A stretch of DNA of 64,000 bases, taken from positions 1,376,001-1,440,000 of the forward strand of contig OZ224045.1 in assembly GCA_963665325.3 (NCBI GenBank), given 5' to 3'. Source of the DNA: Alphaproteobacteria bacterium. Its GTDB lineage: Bacteria; Pseudomonadota; Alphaproteobacteria; Bin95. The notes below the pieces were generated by a model. The model saw only the letters and a list, made by a program, of their open reading frames with translations, was not told the DNA's origin and searched no databases. Position numbers and translations under genes: made by a program. Of this stretch, positions 1 through 10,000 are shown piece by piece (position 1 is the stretch's first letter; every line of letters begins with the position of its first letter).

Positions 1-232
1 TGGCGTCCTTGATCTTGGCGAGCGTCTCGATGACTCTCGGATCCTGCTTGGATTGCTCCAGGCAGATCGGCACCAGGCTCGCGACAAGCTCGAGGCGGGC
101 CTGTTTGGAAGCCATGTCTCTGGCGGTCTCGCCAGTCACCCAGCCGCCCCAGGTGAAGCCGACGGCCGCGACCAGAATGCCACCGACCGCTGCACCCTTG
201 AGGCCGGTGCCAAGCCATGCGGGAGTTTTCAT
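1..232 (-). CDS. Conserved alphaproteobacterial hypothetical membrane-anchored protein (partial, runs off window start)
   Basis: Manual translation MKTPAWLGTGLKGAAVGGILVAAVGFTWGGWVTGETARDMASKQARLELVASLVPICLEQSKQDP...; purine-rich RBS upstream; absent from the ORF track because it is truncated. Confidence 0.7.
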   Translation of the reverse strand, partial: MKTPAWLGTGLKGAAVGGILVAAVGFTWGGWVTGETARDMASKQARLELVASLVPICLEQSKQDPRVIETLAKIKDA

Positions 233-613
233 GCGCATTTCCTCTTTCCAGGGAAAGCCCAATCTTCCCCACGACTGTCACTTTATCATAAAATAATCCG
301 ATAAATTTACCAATTTCCATAAAAATTTTTTATTTGTGAATTCTTGGGCGCCATACTGACGATATTGCGTGAAGATGAACATTTTCGTAATTTCAGATGC
401 CGTCGTGGCAATTTCGTCTTGGCCGGCACCGCTATGCCGCAAATTATAAGCTTTTCCTATTGCACTTGAGAAAAATCGATACTGGAACCAATGCAGAAAG
501 TAGAGAATCTTCAACCGCTGGCGATGGCCGGAATGCGTCGCAGGGTATCGAGCTCTGGGCATTTCCCGTGTCCGGGCCGGATGAAGGACGGAGTCATGAG
601 GACGGGGCGATCG

Positions 614-3094
614 ATGAAGACAGTTTTGACATCACTTGCCGTGCTGGCCCTGCTGGCAGCGGGCGCGGCCCATGCCGGCCCGCTGGCGCCGGCGCCGCGC
701 GTGGTCGCCACATACGACCGGAACTTCATCGAGCGCTCGGGCGCCCAAACGCTCCAGGAACTGCTGGATACGGGCATCATCCGCTACTTCCTCACCGGGG
801 GCCAGTCGCTGCTCGTCCTGGTGAACGGCAGGCCCTACGCCTCCACCGGCAGCGATCTGGAATCCCTGCCGCTCTCCGCCGTGGAGCGCATCGAGGCCCT
901 AGGTGGCGAGAGCCTGGGCTCTGTCGGCGGCACTGCGCGCGGCGCCCTGAATATCGTGCTGAGGACGAGCTTAGACGGATTCGAGACCCGCACCGTCACG
1001 CGGTCGCCGAGCCGGGAGGGCGGCGACGCCTGGCAGGGCAGCACCTTCTGGGGCGGTTCGTTCGGCGAGAGAGGACGCATGACCCTCGGCGTGGACGTCA
1101 TCGACCGCCAGGAAATCCCCGGCAGCGAGCGGGTTCACAGCCGCTCCGAATGGGTCGAGGACGGCGAGTTCAGCCAGACGAAGAATGTCAGCATCAGCGG
1201 CAACACCATTTTCGTCGTCCCAGGGGACGTGAGCAACGGCCAATTTACGAGATCCGGCCCGACAAGGTCGGTCGCGCTGGGCGACTGCAACCCGGCGCAC
1301 GGCTATGTCCCCGGCACAAACCCGGCCGGCATCACCAACGGCGACAAGGGCTGCGGCTTCGCCTACGGTGACATCTGGTGGGATACCGCCAGCTATGAAC
1401 AGAAGAGCGCCATACTGAACCTGGACCACCCGCTCGGCGAAAATGCTGATCTCCACCTGGATGCGAACATCACACAGGCAGACTCCGCGTTCCGCTACGC
1501 GCCGTCGGTCGATGTGTTTTCATTCGAGCCCAACGACGACCTGATCCAGGTAATCGGATCGGCATTGAGCGGAGTTGACGTCGACAGCGATGACCGCTTC
1601 GCCGTAGGGCACCGCTTTGTCGGCCACGGAAACCGGGACTGGGTGGCCGAGAGCGAGGAATACGACCTGTCCGTGGGCGTTGAAGGCCGCCTGTCGGAGG
1701 GCCTCGGCTACGATGCGCGCGTCAGGGCCTATCGGTTCGACAGCTCCGTGACCGGCGCCACCCTCGTGCATGCGGGCAGGATAAGGGAGAAAATCGAAGA
1801 GGGAGAGTACGACCTCGAAAACCCGTTTTCCATTGAACAGCTGCATTTGGATGCCATCGAGTACAGCAGCTTGCGGGAGGAAGAAGATTCCGGCGCGGAG
1901 AGCCTTTCGGCCCGGCTGGCGCTGGAGGGATCCGGCTTCGCGATCGGCGGCCGCGATGTGGCATGGACGGCAGGGTTCGAACTGGGGGGAGTCGAGTCGC
2001 ACAGCCTCCTGCGCTTTCGCAGCAATGACGGCATGACCCACAAGGTGACCGAAGTGCTTGGGTCCGGCGGGGTCAGCTATGCCGGCAAGCGCGAGACTGC
2101 TGCGGCTTTTGCGGATATGTCGCTGCCGGTGGCGGACCGGGTCGACCTCAGGGTCGCGGGCCGCGCAACGGAACTCGACGACGTGGGCGGGCTGGGGTCC
2201 TGGCGCGCCGGGGCCGAGTACCGCCCGACCGGCATCTTCACGCTGCGCAGCTCCTTCAGCGCGGCGGAGGGCGCGCCCTCCATGCTGCATCTTTACAGCA
2301 CCGAGTTGCAGACACACCCCTATGTCCTTTGCGATCCGGGCGAAGAGGACCCGCCACGCGATTGCGTGGCGTCGAACCCGCGGCAGGTGACGCAGGAGCT
2401 CACGGGCAACCCGAAGCTCGATCCCGTGAAGGGAGAGAGGCTCTCCTTCGGCGCCGAGGCGCGCCAGGGGCCGTTCTTCCTGGCCGCGGAATGGTACCGG
2501 GTCTCGAACTCCAAGGGGGTGGGGCTGAACAGCGCCACCCATGCCATGCTGAACCTGCCCATATGCGTGGGCGATGCCAGGGAGAACTGCATCGAGCGCA
2601 ATGGCGGCGACATCACCATCCACCGGGGCTTCGAGAATGTCGCCGAGAGCGAGATCACAGGTATCAATACCCGTTTCGGCGGCGGCATGAGAACGAGTTG
2701 GGGCATTGTCGGCATGCGCGGTGCCTGGCGCCATGTCCTCGACACCGACAGGCGCGTTGCGGGCGCGAAAGACCGGATCGTCATCGCCCGGAATGCCGTC
2801 CGCGCCGCGTTCCTGGCGCGGCGCGGCAAACTGAGCGCCATCTGGACCGCCAATTACCGCGCCGGCTTCAAGAACCGGACCGGCAGAGGAGAGTTCCCGT
2901 CCTGGACCGGCCACGATCTGTCGGTGGACTGGGCCGACCCGCTGGGGCTCGACGGCGCACGGGTCTCTGCCGGCGTGTTCAATCTAACCGACAAGCTGCT
3001 GACGACGGATACCTCCGACCCCTCCGCCACGGACGGGCCAACGGCCGCCGGCTGGGGCCGCACCTTCTTCCTCACCCTCAACATGCGCTTCTGA
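614..3094 (+). CDS. TonB-dependent outer membrane receptor
   Basis: Signal peptide MKTVLTSLAVLALLAAGAAHA, plug motifs LVLVNGRP and PLSAVERIE, GNPKLDP, C-terminal GRTFFLTLNMRF; start taken at ATG 614 rather than 491. Confidence 0.85.
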   Translation: MKTVLTSLAVLALLAAGAAHAGPLAPAPRVVATYDRNFIERSGAQTLQELLDTGIIRYFLTGGQSLLVLVNGRPYASTGSDLESLPLSAVERIEALGGESLGSVGGTARGALNIVLRTSLDGFETRTVTRSPSREGGDAWQGSTFWGGSFGERGRMTLGVDVIDRQEIPGSERVHSRSEWVEDGEFSQTKNVSISGNTIFVVPGDVSNGQFTRSGPTRSVALGDCNPAHGYVPGTNPAGITNGDKGCGFAYGDIWWDTASYEQKSAILNLDHPLGENADLHLDANITQADSAFRYAPSVDVFSFEPNDDLIQVIGSALSGVDVDSDDRFAVGHRFVGHGNRDWVAESEEYDLSVGVEGRLSEGLGYDARVRAYRFDSSVTGATLVHAGRIREKIEEGEYDLENPFSIEQLHLDAIEYSSLREEEDSGAESLSARLALEGSGFAIGGRDVAWTAGFELGGVESHSLLRFRSNDGMTHKVTEVLGSGGVSYAGKRETAAAFADMSLPVADRVDLRVAGRATELDDVGGLGSWRAGAEYRPTGIFTLRSSFSAAEGAPSMLHLYSTELQTHPYVLCDPGEEDPPRDCVASNPRQVTQELTGNPKLDPVKGERLSFGAEARQGPFFLAAEWYRVSNSKGVGLNSATHAMLNLPICVGDARENCIERNGGDITIHRGFENVAESEITGINTRFGGGMRTSWGIVGMRGAWRHVLDTDRRVAGAKDRIVIARNAVRAAFLARRGKLSAIWTANYRAGFKNRTGRGEFPSWTGHDLSVDWADPLGLDGARVSAGVFNLTDKLLTTDTSDPSATDGPTAAGWGRTFFLTLNMRF

Positions 3095-3124
3095 GAAGAA
3101 GACGGGGCTGGCGGAGTGCTCCGT

Positions 3125-3547
3125 TCGTATATTTTGAAATAATTCCTCAATAAAGCTTGACTCCTGGAGTATTCGCGCCTAAATGGGCGGGAGGAAGGCG
3201 AAGCGGCATCCGCGGGCCCGTTTCGCTTTTCGTTTCGCGCCGGCGCGAAAAAAACCTGAGAAACCGACGGGAGATGTGCGCCCTGCGTCCGGGCCCACGC
3301 GCGCGCGGGCGCGATCAGGCGCGCGAACCGCGCCGGCGCCAACGGGCGCCCGCCCGCGCGCGATACGCGCGAAACAGGGTCCCCCTTGCCGGGCAGGTCG
3401 GCGACGGGGCAAACGGAACGGAGGGGAGTGAAACGTGATGGAGGCACGGCATGCGGGATACGGACGGACACTCGAAATCTCCTCTCCCGCTCGCGGGAGA
3501 GGTCGGGAGAGGGCCGGGGCGGACCATGACAAAACATGACATATCAT
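3125..3547 (+). repeat. Dispersed structured non-coding element, copy A (interrupted by IS3; resumes at 6870)
   Basis: Similar to the reverse complement of 23095-23560: exact 24-mer GCGATACGCGCGAAACAGGGTCCC, shared CTTGAC promoter-like box, hairpin plus TTTCGCTTTTC, terminal CATGAC x3; outer boundaries approximate. Confidence 0.8.
3156..3184 (+). promoter_or_regulatory. Putative sigma70-type promoter CTTGAC-N17-CTAAAT
   Basis: Matches the alphaproteobacterial housekeeping consensus; a counterpart is present in repeat copy B. Confidence 0.45.
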
Positions 3548-3624
3548 TGGAGTGGGCCCCTGGGTCCGGACAGTTTGGTTGAAGGAAATTGACAGGTGCG
3601 CGGGCATTGGAAGGATCACAGCCC

Positions 3625-3975
3625 ATGAGGAAGCACCGCACACACAGCATGGCCTTCAAGCGCCAGGTCGTTGAGGAGTATCTGGCAGGAGAGACATTTT
3701 ACGGTCTGGCCCGCCGTCACGACCTGTCTCGCACTCTGATCCGGCTGTGGTTGGAGAAATACGAGGTGGGCGCCTTCGACGAGGAGGCCGAGGCGGCGGA
3801 CACGCTTCGGGAGTATGAAGCCCGGATCGCGACGCTCGAACGGCTGGTCGGCAAGCAGGCCGCGGAGCTGGAGTTCCTAAAGGGGGCTCTGCGGCAAGGA
3901 CGACGGCCGAGAAACGCGCCCATGTCCGTCATCACCGGCCCGAAGGCCTCTCCGTCGCCGAAGGATGCCGGCTGA
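3625..3975 (+). CDS. IS3 transposase OrfA (HTH)
   Basis: MRKHRTHSMAFKRQVVEEYLAG...IATLERLVGKQAAELEFLKGA. Confidence 0.85.
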   Translation: MRKHRTHSMAFKRQVVEEYLAGETFYGLARRHDLSRTLIRLWLEKYEVGAFDEEAEAADTLREYEARIATLERLVGKQAAELEFLKGALRQGRRPRNAPMSVITGPKASPSPKDAG

Positions 3976-4557
3976 TGGGGATCGCGCGCTCCAGCTACTA
4001 CCGCGAGCCGCAGAGCCCGGTCGACGACACCGCCCTGGTCGAGGCAATGCACGCGATCAAACGAGTTCGAGGCCTATGGCTGGCGGCGCATGCAGGCGGA
4101 ACTTCGGCACCGGGGCTGGACCGTCAACCACAAGAAGGTCAAGCGGCTGATGCGCGAACACGCCTTGCAGCCGCCGCGCAGGCGCCGCTTTGTCGCCACG
4201 ACGGACAGCGACCACGACGAGCCGATCTTCCCGGACCGGTCCGGGGACTGCGAGGTCGAGGGCCCGAACCGGCTCTGGGTCGCCGACCTGACCTACATCG
4301 CCATCCTCGGCGGCTTCGTCTATCTGGCCGCGATCATGGATGCCTGGTCGCGCCGCATTGTCGGCTATGCGCTCGGCGAACGGATCGATGCCAGGCTCAC
4401 GCTCGCGGCGCTGGACAAGGCGATCGGCAACCGCAACCCGCCGCGCGGCTGCATCCACCACTCCGACAGGGGCTCGCAATACGCCGCTCACGCCTACCGG
4501 ACACGGCTCGACAGGCACGGGCTGAAAGGCTCGATGGGACGACGCGCCAACCCCTAC

Positions 4558-6627
4558 CCCAAGTTTAACAGAGCATTTTGAAGATCATTGATTATCAATG
4601 CCTTACGGAGCAATAATTTCGCGTCTGGCACTACATTTCGGTTATTTCGCCCGGTTCGGGATCAGACGATCATTTTCCTGATGCCTCCAGGGGCGGGGTC
4701 GATGCCGAGCGCGCGATAGATTTCTTGCTGTTCGGGCTCGGCCCGTGTGGCCTTGCGGACATGCAAGGTGCGTCCGTCCTTGCGCCTGAAGGTCGCGGTG
4801 ACCCGCTGCTGGCCTTCGAGGATGGCTCGCAGGCTGGCCCAGCTGGCGTGTTCGCCGTGCTCGGCGAGGCGCCGGCGGATGGTCTGCACCATCTGGTAGG
4901 CGATCACGGTGATGAACAGGTGGCCGTCGGAGCGCCTCTGGGTCTGGTGGAAGATGGGGCGCAGGCCGAGTTCCGACTTGAGCGATCGGAACACCGCCTC
5001 CACATCGGTGAGCGAGGTATAGGTCCGCCACAGCGCCTCCTCGTCCCAGTCCTCGACGTTGGTGCGCAGGCAGTAAACGCCGGGATGGGTGGCCATGGTG
5101 CCGGCGAGCGGGCGGCGCTCCCATGTGACGGCCCGGGCCTTCTCGCCGCTTTCGTCGGCGATGACGTCGATGTCGTAGTGGGCCGCGGCGCCGCGGCTCT
5201 TCTCCCTGATCCGGCCGATCCGCTGCCAGACATGGTCGAGCCGCTTGCGGGTGCGCGGCCGCTTGAGGCCGTCGTGGAGCTTCTGCATCTCGCCCTCGAA
5301 GCGCGCGGCGAAGCGGTTTGCGATGCCCTGTTCCTTCTTCGCCCGCGCCTCGGAGTAGCAGTAGAGCCGCGCCTCTCCAGCTTCGGCGTCGACCGCCTTG
5401 TGGACATGGACCGTCTGGCGCGACCGGGTCTCGATGGCCAGCGCCAGCTCGGGATCGAAGCGGCGGGTGCGTTCCCGGCTGACCGCGAGATAGCGGTAGC
5501 CGTTCGCGCGCAGCCAGGCGATGTTGGCCTCGGTGGCGATCCCCGCATCCATCACCACCAGCGCGTCCGCCGGCGCGCCCAGGGCGCCGAGCATCGACGC
5601 CAGGGTCCTGTCTTCGTTGACCGCGCCCGAGAACACCTCGGAGCGGCGCACGAAGCCCGAGCCGTCGAGCACCAGCCCCAGGGTCAAGAGCGGGCAATCC
5701 GAGCGCTTCTCCTTGGAATGGCCGCGTTCGGCCTTGGCCTGGGCCGCCGCCGCGCCCTCGAAGAAGGTGTTGGTCAGGTCGTACAGCGTCACCGTGTGGC
5801 GCAGGCCGAACAGATCCGTCGCCCGATCGAACAGATGCGCCTCGATCGCCGCGCGCTGCGCCATCAGGGCGTCGGAGGCGCGGTACAGGCGCATCATGCT
5901 CATGCGCTCGAAGTCCACCCCCAGCAACTCGCCGAGCGCCGAACGCTCGCACAGCCAGCGCCAGGAGGCGCGCTCCGAGCCCGGCGCCGCCATGCGCGCG
6001 ATCACGGTGGCCATGGCGAGCGCGCGCTGCGTGCCGTTGAAGCCCAGGCGCTCCAGCAAAGCCTCCAGGCCGAGCCGCTCCATGGCCCACAGCCCGACAT
6101 GCTCGACGCCGACCGAACGCGGGCGGATCAGCTCCAGGGAGCCGACATCCACCGTCTGCAGGTCAGGGCGCCCGGTCCCGCCGGACGGCGCGCTGTTGAG
6201 CAATTGCGCGGCGATGCGCTGGGCGTGCCGCTCGACCTCCTCCGGACAGGACAGCGAAACCAGCTCGGCCTGGCGGTCGAGCTGCTGCTGGATCCGGCTG
6301 CACAGCACCGCCCAGTGCCGCCGCTCGACAGGGAAGTCGCTCCCCAGGTTGAGCAGGGTGCGCTGGCGGATCTTCCCGCCGTCGCGCTCCGAGCGAACAA
6401 GGCGATGGGAATAATAGACCTCGCCGCGCTCGCCGGTTCCGGTCCTGGTGCGGCGAATGAACATGGCGCACAGCATAGGAGCGGGCGCAAGGTCTCGAAA
6501 TCCCCAAGTGAAAATATTATGGCACTACATTGCGCCCCCGGAAACCTCAATCCAGCAATATCAATGGCTTGATGACACCGCGCCGGCCAACCTCGACAAA
6601 ATCGGCCACCAAAACGTTAAACTTGGG
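4558..6627 (-). mobile_element. IS1634-family element, copy 1
   Basis: TIRs CCCAAGTTTAAC and GTTAAACTTGGG; 4-bp TSD CTAC; appears identical to 24508-26577. Confidence 0.92.
4662..6476 (-). CDS. IS1634-family DDE transposase
   Basis: LYDLTNTFFEG, GHSKEKRSD, VVMDAGI, VEAVFRSLKSELGLRPIFH motifs. Confidence 0.92.
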   Translation of the reverse strand: MLCAMFIRRTRTGTGERGEVYYSHRLVRSERDGGKIRQRTLLNLGSDFPVERRHWAVLCSRIQQQLDRQAELVSLSCPEEVERHAQRIAAQLLNSAPSGGTGRPDLQTVDVGSLELIRPRSVGVEHVGLWAMERLGLEALLERLGFNGTQRALAMATVIARMAAPGSERASWRWLCERSALGELLGVDFERMSMMRLYRASDALMAQRAAIEAHLFDRATDLFGLRHTVTLYDLTNTFFEGAAAAQAKAERGHSKEKRSDCPLLTLGLVLDGSGFVRRSEVFSGAVNEDRTLASMLGALGAPADALVVMDAGIATEANIAWLRANGYRYLAVSRERTRRFDPELALAIETRSRQTVHVHKAVDAEAGEARLYCYSEARAKKEQGIANRFAARFEGEMQKLHDGLKRPRTRKRLDHVWQRIGRIREKSRGAAAHYDIDVIADESGEKARAVTWERRPLAGTMATHPGVYCLRTNVEDWDEEALWRTYTSLTDVEAVFRSLKSELGLRPIFHQTQRRSDGHLFITVIAYQMVQTIRRRLAEHGEHASWASLRAILEGQQRVTATFRRKDGRTLHVRKATRAEPEQQEIYRALGIDPAPGGIRKMIV

Positions 6628-7009
6628 CTACGACAACGCCATGATGGAAAGCTTCATGAAAACTCTGAAGGTCGAGGGCGTCTATCCCATGGCCTTCGAG
6701 ACCGCCGAAGACGTCGCACAGCAACTGCCGCGCTTCATCCACAGCTACAACAACAGGCGCCTGCACTCCGCGCTCGGATATCTCAGCCCCAAACTCTTCG
6801 AGGAGAAACAGTCCCGCTACCCTGTCAAAAAGGCCGCATGATACTGTCCGACCCATGGGGCCCACTCCACATGACATCCTGCGGGGTCTCCGCATTTCCG
6901 CCGCGGGCGCTGTCGTTGACACGGTCCCGGTTTCCGCCCAAACCGGGCGACCGGGCCCGCACGCCGTGGCTTTCGCGGGTCCGGTTTCGGCCGCGTCTGG
7001 AAGGGGCCC

Positions 7010-10000
7010 ATGCATCTAGAGTTCCGCCTGTGGCGCTTCACCGAAGGCGTGCGAGGCCGCATCTTCTTCTCGATGGCGGTCGGGCTGCTGGCGGCGGCGC
7101 TGGGCGTGGCGCGGCTGGCGCTGCTCGGCTGGCTGATCGGGCGCGTATTCGCGGGCGTGACGGCGGGCGAACTCGTCTGGCCGATTCTCGGAATCGCCGT
7201 CGTCATGGCGGCGCGAGGCGCCTGCGAGCACTGGCGGACCGTCGTTGCGCACAAGACGGCGGCGCTTGTCCAGAAGCGGCTCCGCCGGATGCTGTTCGAC
7301 CGCGTGGCGGCGCTCGGCCCGTCCTATGTCGGGCGGCGGCGCTCGGGCGCGCTCACGCTTTCGCTTGTGGACGGCGTCGAGCAGCTCGAAACCTATTTCG
7401 GGCAGTATCTGCCGCAGCTCATGGTGTCGTTCGCCACACCGGTGCTCATCTTCGCCTTCGTTGCGTTTATCGACCTGCCGGTGGCTGCCGTCCTGGTCGC
7501 CTTTGCGCTGGCCGCGCTGCTGCTGCCGGCGGCCTGGCACAGCCTCGACGTCATGAGTTCGCGCAAGCGCCAGACGGCGTACGCCGATTTCGCCGCAGAG
7601 TTCCTCGATTCCATCCAGGGCCTCGGCACGCTCAAGGCCTTCGGGCAGAGCACGGCCCGTGCGGACTTGCTGGCGCACAAGGCGCGCGAACTGTTCCGGC
7701 GCACCATGTGGGTGCTCGGCACGAATGTGCTCTCGCGCGGCATTACCGACTGCATGATCGCCATAGGCGCCGCTGCGGGGCTTGCGCTGGGCGCGTCCAG
7801 GGTCGTTTCCGGCGAGATGGAGCTGGTGGGCCTGCTCATCATCCTGATGATGGGCGTCGAGATTTTCCGCCCGATGCGGGACCTACGCGCCGTCCTCCAC
7901 CAGGGCATGGTCGGCCTGTCGGCGGCCCAGGGCATCTACGGCATTCTGGATGCCGAGCCGGAAGTGGCCGACGGCCCCGAGACCCCGGCGGCCGACCGGC
8001 TCGAACCGGCTATCGCCTTCGAGAACGTGACCTTCCGCTATCCGGGCGCGCGCGGCCCCGCCCACCGCGACCTCTCATTTTCCGTCGCGCCGGGGGAACG
8101 CATCGGCGTGGTCGGGCAGAGCGGCTGCGGCAAGACCTCCATCGTGCGCCTGCTGCTGCGCTTCTTCGATCCGGACGCCGGGCGCGTCAAGCTCGGCGGG
8201 ATCGACCTGCGCGACATGAGCTTCGCGCAGATCCGGCGGAACATTTCCGTCGTCAACCAGGACACCTTCCTGTTCCACGGCACCATCGGCGAGAACATCC
8301 ACATGGGCCGCCCGGATGCGAGCGCGGAGGAGGTCGAGGAAGCGGCGCGGATCGCCAACATCAAGGGCTTCATCGGCACGCTGCCGGAGGGCTACGACAC
8401 GATCATCGGAGAGAAGGGCATCAAGCTTTCGGGCGGGCAGCGCCAACGGGTCGCGATTGCCCGCGCTGTGCTTCGGGATACCCCGATCCTGGTGCTGGAC
8501 GAGGCCCTTTCCGCCGTGGACGCCGACAATGAAGCGGTGATCCAGGAAGCGCTCGACCGCCTCATGCAGGGCCGCACGACGCTGATCCTGGCTCACCGGC
8601 TCTCCAGCGTGATCGACTGCGACCGCATCCTCGCCATGGAGGAAGGGCAGGTCGTGGAAAGCGGGCCGCACAGCGAGCTCATGGCGGTGCCGGGAGGCGT
8701 CTATGCCTCGCTCATGCGCGAACAGGCGCGCGAGTCCGAAGAGAGGGACGAAGACGTTCTCATCGACGCCCCGGACCGCCCGACGACCGAGACCCTGGAT
8801 GCGACACCGGGCGGGGCGAAGCACGCGCCAACCGAAGGCATCATCAAGGCGGAGGGCCTCGCCTGGTTCCAGGTCGTCGCCGCGCTCATGCGTGTGATCC
8901 TGCCGTGGAAGGGGCGCCTCGGCCTTACCTTCTTGTTCGGTGTCGTGCGCGTGCTCGCCTTCATAGGCGTGGGCGCTGTGAGCGCGCTCATCGTCTTCAG
9001 TCTGAAGAACGGCGAGCCCTACGACCACCTGCTCGTCTGGCTCTGGGTCCTGGCTCCCATGGCGGGCATCGTCCACTGGCTCGAATCCTGGGTCGCGCAC
9101 GACATGGCGTTCCGCCTGCTGGCGGAAATGCGCGTGGATGCCTTCCGCAAGCTGGACAAGCTCGCGCCCGCCTATCTCGTGCGGCGGCGGACCGGCGACC
9201 TGATGAACCTCGCCACGCACGATATCGAGCTCATCGAGTATTTCTTCGCCCATACGGTCGCGCCGGCCTTCGTCGCGGTGCTGGTGCCGGCCATCGTCAT
9301 CGTCGTGCTCGGCGCAGCTAGCCCGTGGATTGCGCTCGCGCTCGTTCCGTTCCTGGCCGCGGTGGGGCTCAGCCCGTTCCTGATGCGCGGCCGCGTGGAC
9401 CGGCTCGGCTCGAAGGCGCGCGAGGCGGCGGGCGAACTCGGCGCCTACGCCATAGATTCCGTGCAGGGCCTCGGTGAAATCGTCTCCTTCCAGGATGAGC
9501 GCCGGCGCGCCGAGGGTTTCGACCGGCTCGCGGACCGGCATATCGCGCTCCGCCTGCCCTTCTTCGGCGAAGTGACCCTGCAGGAAAGCCTGCTGGAGGT
9601 GTTCACCGGGCTGGGCGGCCTCGCTGTGGTTGTGAGCGGGGCGCTGCTGGTCCAGGCGGGCACGGTCGATTCCGGCGTTCTGCCGCTGCTGGCCCTGCTC
9701 GCCATGTCGGCGTTCCTGCCGGTCTCGGAAATCGCGCAGATCGGCCGGCGCCTTGCGGACACGCTCGGCGCCACCCGGCGCTACTATTCGCTGGAGAACG
9801 AGCCGGTGCCGGTGGAAGACGGGCCGGGCGCTGAGGAGGACGGCGAGGCAGAGGCGGGCCTTGCCCTCGACGGCGTGAATTTTGCCTATCCGGGCCAGGA
9901 CCGCCTCGCGCTCAGCGATGTCACGGTGACGATCCCGGCCGGAAAGACAGTGGCGCTGGTCGGGGCCTCCGGCGCGGGCAAGACCACCACGGCGCAATTG

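Larger units (their letters stand above)
3975..6841 (+). pseudogene. IS3 transposase OrfB (rve DDE), frameshifted near 4060 and split by IS1634
   Basis: GIARSSYY, then a frame change to YGWRRM, WVADLTYI, HHSDRGSQY, NPY|IS|DNAMMESFMKTLK...YNNRRLHSALGYLSP. Confidence 0.88.
3548..6869 (+). mobile_element. IS3-family element, interrupted by IS1634
   Basis: TIRs TGGAGTGGGCCCCTGGGTCCGGACAGT and ACTGTCCGACCCATGGGGCCCACTCCA; 3-bp TSD CAT (3545-3547 and 6870-6872). Confidence 0.93.

Noticed and set aside
3478-3515. CCTCTCCCGCTCGCGGGAGAGG palindrome as a terminator
   Set aside because: No U-tract; it looks like a common alphaproteobacterial intergenic palindrome and is absent from copy B.
4725-6572. 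615-aa plus-strand ORF (and its twin at 24675-26522)
   Set aside because: Antisense shadow of the IS1634 transposase in high-GC DNA.
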